A stretch of 47,730 bases of DNA, the filler included, from Sphacelaria rigidula (taxonomy: Eukaryota): NCBI GenBank assembly GCA_964200075.2. It is 2 parts of 2 records of this genome, joined end to end, with 100 filler letters (N's around TTAATTAATTAA, not from the genome) between each part and the next. Parts side by side here need not be neighbours in the genome. Positions count along the whole stretch, not along the records: positions 1 to 23,820 come from CAXNAA020000245.1; 1 more part is not named here. One strand, written 5' to 3'. Under the pieces are notes generated by a model. It was not told the origin of the DNA and made no database searches. It saw only the letters and a list, made by a program, of their open reading frames with translations. Of this stretch, positions 1 to 12,000 are shown piece by piece. A program made the position numbers and the translations under genes. Each line of letters starts with the position of its first letter. Within the stretch, counting starts at the first letter, position 1.

Positions 1-1077
1 CGTGTCTGTTCTGCGTGTACCAGGGTTAGAACGCTGAAATGACTCATGTCCATTCATTCCTCACGAGTCAACTTATTATACTAAAACCAAGTAATTTCCT
101 GACGAATCATTATTTGTCCAAACCGTGCACTTTTTCGATCGAAAATATGTGCTAATAAGACAAATCGGGAAACGCATTTTATGGACCAAATCTAGACCAA
201 ACCGGGGAAGTGAAACGTCGGGATGTCACGATTTGAGAACGATTGTTCCGCGGAAAGTTGAAGGCCCCCCGATTGTGAGGAAGGTGGCGTACGTACATTG
301 ACCTACGATGATAGGGTAAGAGGTATCTGATATCTGTGCAACCGCAGCAGCAGACAGTCTCGTGACAGCACATAGGGCATGCCTGCTCGCGCCAGCTGCT
401 GGAGCACCTTCGCGCGGGGTTTGACAAGCGGATAATAAGTGTACTGGCGCCGTACCCTACGGCGATGGTCATATTTTATGCTGACTTGCGCTGCCGTATG
501 TATCACCATAACGAACAGTATTATACTATCCTAGTCTGTCGTCGCTCGACTTACAGGGTGATGTACAGCACTGCGCTACTGAACTCTTATCGCACACTAT
601 CCACTGTTCTCGCAAGACCGGCTATGCCATCATGCCTTTACACACGACATTATCGTGTATTGTGATGATGGGGTGTCCTGCACTGTATTCTCCTAGGGTA
701 CCACGGTACGACACCGTCCGCAAAGGATTATTTACTGGCTGCGTGCTCTTTGGCTTCGCTACAACAGTACGCGATACCACACTCATGCAGAATATGACCC
801 TCCGCTTAACGAGCTATTTCACAAATCTGTGAGACTATAAAACGGGTCCCACGGATCTGACGCACAAACATGGGCCCCCCGATTTTGCACAGATTGGGCT
901 CTCGACAGAATCGAGTTTCGTTCCCATAAAAGTTGGTGTAAGACACGCCCTAAAGGCCCACCTCGACGGGCTGCAAAAACAGCGGAGAGCGAAGCAAGCG
1001 TCTAAAGGCAGCATGCTGATTGGTCGCCACATCACGCCACGGGATGGCCGATCAACATGCTGCCTTTGGATGCTTAC

Positions 1078-3795
1078 TTCGCTCTTAGCGTTTTTTTCAG
1101 CCCGACGCGAAGCGGCCTTCTTGTTGTTTTGGACCTTTACGGCAGTTGGCGCAAAAAAGAGGAAAATGAGGTAGAGCAATTCGGAAAATGAACGTCGTTT
1201 ATTCATCAGATCGACTATTTACAATTCCGCCGCTTTTACTGTACTGTGTACTCCCTGGCCAAGTCTCGAAAGGGATGCGTGGTCAATGGTCAAATGACTA
1301 AGGCAAGCAACAAATGAGTACGCCCCCCCCCCCCCCTGGCCAAGACAAATATTACGACACGCCCTGATGCGGTTATCATGTTTTTTCAGGACGACACATA
1401 TATATATATTGTCTTTCCTTTCTCCAAAAAATAAAATACAGAACCAACCAACCAACCAACCAACCAACCAACCAACCATCCCATCCCCAAACAATTAATT
1501 AATAAATTAATTTTAATATTATATATGATGTGAAGAAAATACACTTTCTACGATAACCCCCCCCACAAAAAGTGCATGTTTTGGGGGGGGGGGGGGTAAA
1601 ATCTTCTTGAATATCATAATATGATATCTCCCCCTTATAGAAATTCTGATGCCCATCACTACGGTAGCATCTCCAGAAGTCAGAATCGCATAAAGTTGAT
1701 CTTTGTGACCTCAGTAAATCCACGTTCCACGAGGCCTGAGGTGACGTCACAGGATAATTTCCAAATCAGATCACCGCGCATGAGGTCAGCGTTGGTCTAA
1801 AATGATGGTAGTGATGTACCAATTGTATTGACTGCATTGTACTATTATACTGACTGTAGTACCGTCTATCTGACGTATCTATTTAGCTTCAGCAACTGAT
1901 GTACTGTGCGAGGTACTGTGCACAAAATTGAAAGGAACGGGGCACGACACTTGAAACTAGAAACTGAAGTGAGAGCAACTGGAAGATCAACACACACAAC
2001 CTCAATACGAATACACTGCGATGACGCACAGATGAACGCAAGGTCCGGGCTAGAGGGGAAGAGCCCCCGCCAGCGGAAGCATCGACACGAGAGGATGCAG
2101 GGGGGGAAGGAGCAGGGGGACATCCTTCATCGCCTGTTGCACAGTACCATAGCGACAGCCAGTACTGACTGTCAGTGCAGCAACAAACACTTCGGACGCT
2201 GTCGCCTGTCTGCGATCTTAGAGTATTGCCCACCTGTACAGTAAAATAAAATAGTACCATTCAATACTGAAGAGAATCTCCGAACACCTTGTGTGTAACG
2301 AACGATGCTGCTGTTGTGCAGCTAATACACGCGTTACTATTATAATACATACACCATGCCGGCACCATTTATACAAGAGTGACGTTCGCTGATAGCACCT
2401 CGCTCCTTTGTTGTGTCGTGTCGAGAGTTTTCAAGTATTCACGACATGGGCCTGACCAAGGTCCTGCTGTGACTGACCGCTGAGCTATTTTTATCAACCT
2501 TTGAAGATATTTCAACCGTACACACAAATCCAGTGTTACTATTTGCACTGTCTTGGGTAAGGATCATAGTATCTTCACCTTACGGTGTCTCGGTCTGTGT
2601 TGTGCAATCGATGAACGAGTAGGGGTATGCGTCGAGGGCCGATAACTCAAAAACGGGTGGCATGCTTGATACAACTGGGTATAGTGACAACGATGCAGGA
2701 TGCACTGAACTGTGGACATTCGTAGATCTCACGATACGAGGCGGGCGTGAGCGAGGGAGGGGCGGGTGATGACTCGAAAACGGGCGATATGCTTGATACA
2801 ACTGGGTGTGATTTATAGTGACGACGGTACAGGATACTATACTGGAAGACACCTGTAGATCCAACGACACGAAATTTTCACCCCAACAGGGAGTACTAAT
2901 ATCAGCACTTGGCGATTTCTACATGCACAGTACAGTGCGGGAATCACGCAATCAACATTTACGTCAAGAGGGGGAAGGGGGGGGGGGGGGGGGGGGGGGG
3001 AAGGGTTAGACAATGGTGACTGCTGTGCATCAGGTACATCTGTACTCTATGGACACAGATGCCGCACGGTTGCGATTGTGGCACACGGAAACATGAGGCG
3101 TGTAGTCTTGGAAGGTGATCCGTATATATAGGTCGAAATGTTCGTGTTCGTTTTGCATGCTCGGAATTCACGACCGACGTGATCCAGTTGAGACGATTAC
3201 AAGAGCTGACTCGGGTGAGCAAAACAAACGCAGGTTGAGCAAGAAGAGGATCGTTCACCACATATGCTCCCTGGCGTTAAATGCAAACATTCCCCACGTT
3301 GAAGGTACCGTTGGGTAGCACAGCAGTGATGGGCGGTTCAACTGTTGTGTCCGGCAATTTTTTTTCGCCTCTTCTACGAACATAAATGGCCACTATAAGG
3401 TACACTACAGTAGGAACAAATTGTCGAGACTTTTACCTCTGTCATCCAAACAACACAAACCATCCTTCCTTATCTGCTTGGTACTCACCTTTTTGCCAAC
3501 GTTCTGTTCCCAAACAAGCTGCCCGTCATCATACAGTTGGGTAGGCATCTATGAGAGAGATCGTGAGTCTGCCTCCCCGCTCAGCCCTCCACCACCACCA
3601 ATCCCAACCGTCTCTACACCAGTGCACGTATTGTGTTCGAGTGAGGTTCTTTTGTTCACGATCAAGGGGAACCGAGCAAAGTACAAGCCAATGAGATGCG
3701 GCGTAGCTTTTAAAATTGCGGTAGGTTCGATCCTCCACCTTTCCTTCTTTCGTTGAACCGTCACATATTTTCGGTTTCGTCCGTCTCCAAGGTTG
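1078..3795 (-). CDS. Exon-like fragments of an unresolved gene
   Basis: Phase 0-0 segments with good splice sites: 3489-3548 (tag|MPTQLYDDGQLVWEQNVGKK|gtgagt), 1078-1134 (aag|VQNNKKAASRRAEKNAKSE|gtaagc), and possibly 3628-3795. No family recognised. Competing plus-strand exon candidates exist (e.g. 3854-3952). Confidence 0.3.
1442..1477. repeat. (AACC)9 microsatellite
   Basis: Perfect tetranucleotide run. Confidence 0.9.
2644..2872. repeat. Diverged tandem duplication (~127-bp period)
   Basis: ACTCRAAAACGGGYGRYATGCTTGATACAACTGGGT...ATAGTGACRACG...CAGGAT...GTAGATC occurs twice. Confidence 0.75.
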
Positions 3796-4300
3796 CTGTC
3801 AAGATGACGTGGGATACGCATACATGAAAACATCTGTAAATTTTTTTCTTTAGGTGGCCGCGACTGCTGTAGAGCGAACGCGTAGGATCACGCACATCGG
3901 CAAAGATGAAATCAACACTCTGCAGATCATTTCAGCATTTCCTCCCCCTCTCGTGAGTGCGGGGGTTCAGCGATTGACGATTAGTTGTTCAGCCCGCAAC
4001 GACCAACGTACCCGTGGTGTTCCTGAACAGTCGTACTTCAAGGTTAGTACGTCGGTTGCTCGGCCGGAATCGGAAAGTACTCGTGTGTGTATCTGTCCTT
4101 ACCCCCAAGAGTCAATCCGGTGGCACACCGACAGTTTGAAGGCATATGTCGTCACGAAAAAAGGTCAAGTTCGATGAAGGGATGGACTGTTCAGCATGAA
4201 CGTGTTATCCTCACATATTCGCCCTCACGAGTTCCAGGTTAAGTTTCACGCGTCGTCGTCGTCACTCGAAAACTGCGAAGGCTGACCTTCTTCATGTCTC

Positions 4301-4642
4301 GTGTATGTGTGCGTGTTGTCGTCCCATTCATTTTGGGCACCTGTCTAGACCTTTCGGTACATGTAAGCGCATCAGCCGGAGTCAAAAAGGAGCTTCCTTT
4401 CATACTCCTTGTTAATTTCACACCTTCCTCATCCGGTGCTTTCCTTCATTTTTCAACACGAGGGGTTCAGCAGTCCCCCTCCCTCGTCGACCGTCAAGTC
4501 GACTTTTTTAAACTTGCGACATAGTCGCTTTCCAATTTTGGGCATGGTGTGAGAAAAGATTCAAGATCGCTCCGGGAATCGAATCCTCCTACTCAACCAT
4601 CAGAAGTTACGAGGTTACCAACTGAGCCACCGGGACGACCGG
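4301..4642 (-). mobile_element. tRNA-derived SINE, full-length copy
   Basis: Minus-strand head CCGGTCGTCCCGGTGGCTCAGTTGGTAACC...GGATTCGATTCCCGG has Pol III A and B boxes. Body and GGGACGACAACAC(AC)n tail are shared with copies at 20755, 22832 and 35380. Confidence 0.85.
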
Positions 4643-6036
4643 CATTTCTGTGCTTTTCAGGAACAAATCCAGGAAAATCATCATTTCGTCCCTTAGGCGA
4701 AGAGAGCAGGACTCTGGCCGTCTCTCATCATCAAATTGTACTCGACTCGAAACCGTACGGTGGAATCGAGTTTGCCCCGTCATGGTACGTCCACGGCGTG
4801 CATGTTCTCAACCATCTGAGAAAGTAGAGAGCGTGGGCGGATCAGAAACACGAGAATTCGATTCGACCGCACGTTTTCAACACGAGAACAATTCGATAAG
4901 ACACCGCCTGTCGCAGATTCGGAAAGAGGGCATTTTGTCGTCGGTAGCTTGGCCGTTGGTCGCGTCCAGGATCATCAACACTCGAACTATCGAAAGGATC
5001 ATATCTGCAGCACTTGGCTTTACTTCAGACGTCAGATCTAAACCCCGGGATGAATAGTTGCAGATATCGTGTCTTCAATGGGTCATTCCCATGTTGCCGA
5101 ACACCATGCGCGCAGATGAAACTTGAAGGAGGACGCAGGTCGGGCAATTGGAAGCTAGCTGCAGACACGACTCTCACATGGATCTCAATGGCACAGCCAG
5201 CTTCATGACAACCGTCAACGGAACACCGACGAAACGATCTTGTGGCGAACCGGAACATTTGGGCTAGAAAGGAGCTGTTCTTCACTGGCCTGTGCTACAC
5301 CTACTCTGCTTTGCATCGCGCTTCCAACCATTTTGTTTGTGTTGGAGAAGGAGCTCAACCCTTCGAAGCTTGTATCATCAACCCGGTGGTGAGTTCTCGG
5401 AAAGGTTGTGGGGGGCGTACTCATGAAACCACACGGTATCATCGCTCCTCGTTTTTCCTTCTTCCATCTGAGGCATTATGATGGCTTCGCGCTGTTGTCT
5501 TTTACATGCGAACTTCCTGGGTATGGCTGAGGTCATGACAGTACCATGTCTTGACGCCAAAGCGCTAGGATATTACATTCGCTGGAGACTACTACAGGGA
5601 ACACCTCATGCCGGGAAGATGAAAAATGATGAAACGAGCACGAAGCCATTTTCTCGGATTTGGTAATACAGGATATGACGTGAAGTATGACGGAGTCCAA
5701 GGGTTGGCAGGGGTTTTGGGTTGTGTGGGGATTCATGAGTCACGGAGACATCGTAGCCATACTCACGGCCTGGTACTGTGCACAAGCTGTCTCACACAAG
5801 CGACGCCATACTAGTAGCTTGCACAGGACGATCAGCGACGTTTCACCGGCATGGGATACAGTTAAGACGGATCCCAGAACATGCGAATGACATCATGAGT
5901 TCATGATTTTTTTATTCCGTCTGGGCACCATCTACACGAACCAAAACGCGTCCGGCGCATGTAGTATCGAGCTAACAGCCCTATTCCCAAAAGCTGCTGC
6001 TAGTACAGAACTGGCAACGTCTCGAAGGGCCGCCGT

Positions 6037-9000
6037 CTATACGTCGACTCCTCCCCCTGCTTTGACGAAGCGGTTCTTGGCCACCTGTTTGCGGCTCAGC
6101 TTGACAGGCTCGTCCGCCTTCTTAACCTGGAAGGCAGATCAGCGAGGGATGGCAGATTCGACGGGAAACGAGAAAGGATATCCATGAGGTATCCGATAGG
6201 TGAGAAATGACAGGAGACTATCCGTTGCGGGAAGGAACGTGACTCGTGGTCAGAGCAGGTTCATCAGCGAAAACGAGTACATGAATTTACAGACTCATGA
6301 TACCGATACTGTTGACTTCACATAAATGTTTAAACTTCGTCGCAGTCTATAACCATTAGACGTGGGGGACCAGAGAAACCTGGGGGTGTCGTCACACACA
6401 TTTTTTTTCAGAGGTGTGAAGTGTCAGACAAAGCTCAGGTGCATGATACAAGCAGTATACAGGATGGGCCGCTCAAGAAGCTCATTTTCCTTCAGCCCGT
6501 CCACACTGATGACGTATCGCGACACATCGTTGTGATGGGCAAAATCAGAACGCGTCTTCAAATACATTCAGCACTGCGATTCATCGAGGTTTCATCAAAC
6601 AAAAGGTTAGGTATTCGCACATACGCCCTGTAATCCATGTCGAAATTTAATCGGAAACAGCTGGAAATTGAGCAGTATGAATGTGTTTCAATTATTCTCA
6701 AGTGGTCTCCATTTGCCATGGTAACCGGTTGTCGACGGAATGACGTATATTCTTCCCCAAATTTTGCGTGGTTTTCGATAAAATTTCGACACCATGTACA
6801 GAACGCATGTGCGTATACAAAACCTGTTATGCCCAATTCTTCATTCCTACTGTGAGTTATCGGCGGCGGAACAGTTCAAACTGTTTTTTTCGGAACGAAG
6901 TGGTCAAAGACTCATGAGGGAAAAGAGCGAAATTGCGGATGGAAGGTTTTGTTTTCGCACAAACGTCCTGTACATTTCGTCAAGATTTCATCGAAAACGA
7001 TACAAAATTGAGCAAAGAATATGAGTTCCACCATTTTTGGTGGAGCCTCGTGCGGCCTCGCTCGTATACGGTGCCCGTAAAACAAATCAACGCACGATCC
7101 GAGATGTGAGAAAAACAGCAACCCGTCTGCATTGCACGGCTCAATCGTGCTTGGGGAACTGAAAAAAACGTCAACGGTCACCCTTAGGTGAACCTCAGCC
7201 AACCGCTGCCCCCCCTGCTTCCCTTGAAACTCGACAATCGATGGCGATAGAGAGGAGGATCGAGATACCATCGGAAACAAGTGGAGGTCGTTCGTTCTCG
7301 TAGTTCATCCTCGACATTCCCTGTATCCGAGTCGTCTCTTTACAAGGAAAGAAAGCACAGTATTCCGTTCAATGTCCTCACCTGGACCTCTTTCTCCGAC
7401 AGGAAAAGCTCGATATGTGCCGGGCTCGACATGTACGCTGATGCGTCGGGCAGTGATGACCAAGATCATGCGACAGGACACCGATGGACAGGGGCCGCGG
7501 GCAGCAGCGGTAGCAAAAAACAAGGAATTAGAACTTAGTTCAATTGGTTTCTCTGTTGATTCCTACCCGAGCTCTACGCACGACAGCGGGCCCTGTCGAC
7601 GTTCACACTGATGTTGAACGAACGTTACCGTATAAATGCTGCGGTGTGAGCCAACATGGAAGATGGTTGAGGTGGCGTAAGAGTACACGGACAGATAAGT
7701 CTAAACCCCTAGACAGCGAGAATAGGTCATGTGTGGAATCGGCATCAATTGAACTTGAAAAAAGTATGCGTGGTCCAGTAAGACTACCCTCGCCGTCCAA
7801 GGGTTAGCACACCAAGTGGTATGGTCCGTGTATAAAGACTTCTTCACGGTCACCCACCACATAGCTACATCCTTCTCGGGGTTGGGATGGTTGGGTTAGC
7901 ACGGACAGCCTCATCTCCCGACCAACACATGTGTGGAATCATGTTTCATCTGGATCACATACTTTTTTCGAGTTAAATTGATGCCAATTCAGGAGGTGAC
8001 CTACCCTCTCGACCAAAAATTTCGAATCTTACTCGCATCTTCAAGAGGCGTTCACGTTTCGGGAAAACGTGGCACACCGGATTTGGACACCTCACAGTAT
8101 TTACACGAGATATTTCTGGTTCCTTTCTTGACTTCTTCACCCTGAGGGTAGGTCATATGCTAAATGGGCATCAATTTTCCTTGAAAAAAGTATGTGATCT
8201 AGACGGACTACCCGCATCGCCGTCCAAGAGGTCAAAACCTCATAAACGGACAAATTTCTCTGGAAGTAATCGGATCTGGAACACCATTTTATTCGCCCCC
8301 TCATACGACAAGGAACCCTCTGATTGCAAGAGAGATGTTGAAAGCATTTCCTCGAAACTACACCGCGGGGAGCTTTTTTTTTTCAGAGAAAAACGAAACT
8401 CTACTTGACGCCGTAGTGAACACACACCCCCACCATACGAAAAACGCAATACATACCAGTATCGCTGTGAGGGTCCAAACCCAAACACACTTCATGCTGC
8501 GTCCTCCCGTAGCCATGGGCGAGGAAAAAGGCCCACAAGAGAGCGGGGCTGCCCAGCATGTGTGAAGTAGGCTACTTCGGGGTGTAACTTCAGAGTGATT
8601 TTGGACCAAAAAGGTCTGCACTCAACGGCTACCAACGTGGGTCGAAGACGCCGTCACAGTTACTGTTGTTCCACGTTTCTCATCTCTTCGGGAACCTCTT
8701 CTCCCGTACCCGGTGGAGAGGCCTCATTATTTCAAGTGCTGACGCAGTCGAGATGGATTCGGAATATACCGACAGACAACCATTATTACGGCGAAAGGTC
8801 ACAGAGGAATCCACCGACTATGTCATTGACAACAAAAATGTCGAACCAGTGCGGTCGGACTCGTTTCAGTCACTATGAGGATGCAACGGGTCGAATGTTC
8901 GACGTCGTAAACACGCAGAAATCAGCACCGCGGCCTCTCAATTTCGTGAAACAAAATTCAGTACCATCTGTATATTTCCTGTATCTGCAGTCCCGGATGG

Positions 9001-12000
9001 GACTGGGGCACACTTTTATGTCAATAACAACGGTGCACCGGACTGTTGTCGGCGGTCGTACTCGCTTCACACTTGGCAGGCGTCCCAAACCACCCCACAG
9101 AAACAATCAGTATGGCCGAGCACACAGAAATGTAGTCACGACGCGTGGGACGACTGAGGTGCGACATTTACGCGATTCACCGCCAGTTGAAATTCGCGGG
9201 GGTTTAAAAAAAAAACCTTGAGCGTCGTAGTGATGCGTAGAAGCTAAAGAAAAGTCAACCCTATGTCGTTCGGAAGGCATGACCTCGACATCAACACTCT
9301 TTTTTCGCCAGTACCGAGAAGGTTAATTCGTTTTTTCGAATTTCATACGACATAAGAGAAACACAGTTTTGCACGGACCATACAAGAACAAGAGTGCAGA
9401 TACTGCTGAAGCTCTGATGCACACTCTGATTCATCACTTCCACGACGACGTTGGGATTGCGCAAGATTTACGCAGGCAACCCGCCGGGACCTTTGCTCTT
9501 CATGAGGGTTGGGATACATATCATGCTCGGGCGGTCAGATATGGGGTGGTTCGGGGTGAACCCCTGATGCGGCGAACGTCGAACACCACCCTGGAGCGAC
9601 GAGAATGAGGGTCAAGCGGAAAAACTCACGGTTGATGCGACCGTGGGCCCTGTAGGTGCGGCGCCTCTGCTTGGGCGCGCGGTTAGCCTGCACGTGGGTG
9701 ATGTAAAGAGCATCGACGTCCAGTCCCTTGCTCTGACGAAGGAATACGACAGACAAAGAAACACGGATGGGTGAGGCACGCACGACATACCATTCGAGTG
9801 TGCCTGATGCAGCAAGGATGTTTAACCCAACATCGGTAGTACTCATAATGTCATGAACGAAAGGAGAGTAGGAGCGAAGGAAACTCCGGTGCGATTTCAT
9901 CTCCTTTACAAACTCGCGTCGCCCCGAGGAGAAAAACTCCGCACGCACGCCACATTATTCCGACACTCGTGTTTGACAATCGACGCTTGAATGAGACATG
10001 ACGTGACAGCGGAAACGTACACCAACACAGTTGTTGGACACGGCAAGTACATCAAGAGCGAATCACCAGACTCCGAGCTCCCACCTCTGCGTTGGACTCC
10101 GCGTTTTTCACAAGGTCAAGCACGATCCGGGTCGCCTTTTGCGGCCAGCGGCACTTGCTGCCCGGCGACACAAAGGTGTGCTTGTGCTTGTTTCCTGGTA
10201 CCTGTAACAAGAGCGCCAGTCACAAGGCCGGAGAACGTCATGTTGGAAGGTTGTGCACTCTGCACGAGAAATGACAGTCGAAAAGTCAAAAGTATACTGC
10301 GGACAGTATCAAATGTTCGGTCGAATGCAATCAACGATACATTCCATACTGCACACAAAGTAATCATTTGTCCAGGGTGTGAAGGGTTGACACATCCTCC
10401 AGCAGCGGGCGGAATTGTTGCCCGAAACATCCATGACGGCTTTCGGTGCCCAAAATCTCACCATCCCGCTCGTCGACGAACAAGGTTGTTCCATTCATGA
10501 CACCCGGATAGTCGCCCGTTGCTGCTAGCGGACGGAATTCTTCATCGAAACGATAAACTCTTGTTTATTGCACCCGAGGCTTTCTTGATAAGTTCATATC
10601 TCCAGCAGGGCCAGGTGTGGCTCTCGTCCCATGAGGGGCACTCGCAGTTCATGACGAGATATTTCTCGGAACTCGGGGGTTTCTTTGCAAGTTTGTTTAC
10701 TCTTTTTATGTTGCCGTAACACTTGCTGATATGATGGGAGCAAACTCAATCCATAGCGAAAAAAAGTTCAGACGATGGACCCGCCCTGGAAGTAGGAGAG
10801 ACGTAGCAGAATTTCGGGAAACGCTGTTTCGTCAGGGAGGGCAAATATCTCGGGATCTGGGAGTGCAGAAAAAATAATTTCCCCCTCAGTCGAATGTGGC
10901 ATCCTCTCAACGTTTTTTCGATGACTTTTTTCTTTTTAATTTTGCAACCTGACCTCGAGATATTTGCACTCTGAATTGACAAGAGGCGTTCACCAAAATT
11001 CTCGGCACAACGCCACATGGGGATAAACTTTTGTAGTGAAATATGAACTTCAACCAATCAGACGCCCTCCAGTGAGGAATCGGCGGAATCTAGCGCCAAT
11101 TTAAATGCGATTTTCGAAGTGAGTCATGTAGTAAAAAAATGCTCGTGATTGGCTCGCAGGCTCGAGTCACGCCTGTAGTGTACGCCGAGATGGATAGAAC
11201 AACAGCAGAGGGAAAGAGCTGCAAGCAGACAAGCAGACAGCAAGTGGTATTTTGCCGCCGCAATGCATCATTGCGACGCTCTTGTATCGGTATATCACCA
11301 TCTTAGTACATGGCTGATTGTGTCTTCTCATGGCCGCGAGCGCTGGCGCCGATGCCAACGGCAGCAGCCGTCATGCTGACGGGTGCGGGCAGTACCCTGG
11401 CGGTGCAGTATATTCGCACTACTGTGCTGTGCGTTGCTCCTTTCATTGCACTGGTGCTGGTTGTGTGTCTTTACCCAGCCATATTCGGTATCGCGCGAGT
11501 GATGGGTTCGAGTAACATGAAGTTTTCAACAGTCAAGTGTGTAGACAGCATCGCGTCCCCACTGATACTCTAGATTACCGACAGACGAACACAACGAAAT
11601 ATCACAACCGGCAGTCTCAGCGGAGACCAAAAAGTCTTGGCAAGCCCCAAACACACCACAGAACAGTGATAGCTGCAGCACATGAGAGCGGACGTGAGTG
11701 TTTGTGCTGTAGTTCAGTGAAACAGACATGTTTCATGTTTTAGTTCCTCGGCTGATTTTCAACGGGCCCTCAGTCTGTGCAGGGTGCCGATCTTGAACGC
11801 TCGGACATGATCGCGCTTCGCGCAAATAATTTAATTTTCTACATAGGTATTCCCATGTTTTGTTGCTGTGCCAAATTCTCCATTGCCAAGAATATTTGAA
11901 TAACACCAGTGAGTGAACATTTCATGTACGAAACATGAACCTCATCATACTAAAATTCGTTGTGACGCCAGTGCCTGGTTTCGACGGCGTGTACATCTCA

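Noticed and set aside
4560..4642. tRNA gene-like sequence (also 35660-35738)
   Set aside because: A/B boxes are present, but there is no clean cloverleaf and it is fused to a repeated body and tail: a SINE head, not a tRNA gene.
8595..9221. 208-aa plus-strand ORF
   Set aside because: Antisense within an RPL17 intron, non-ATG start, no recognisable domain or coding-like composition.
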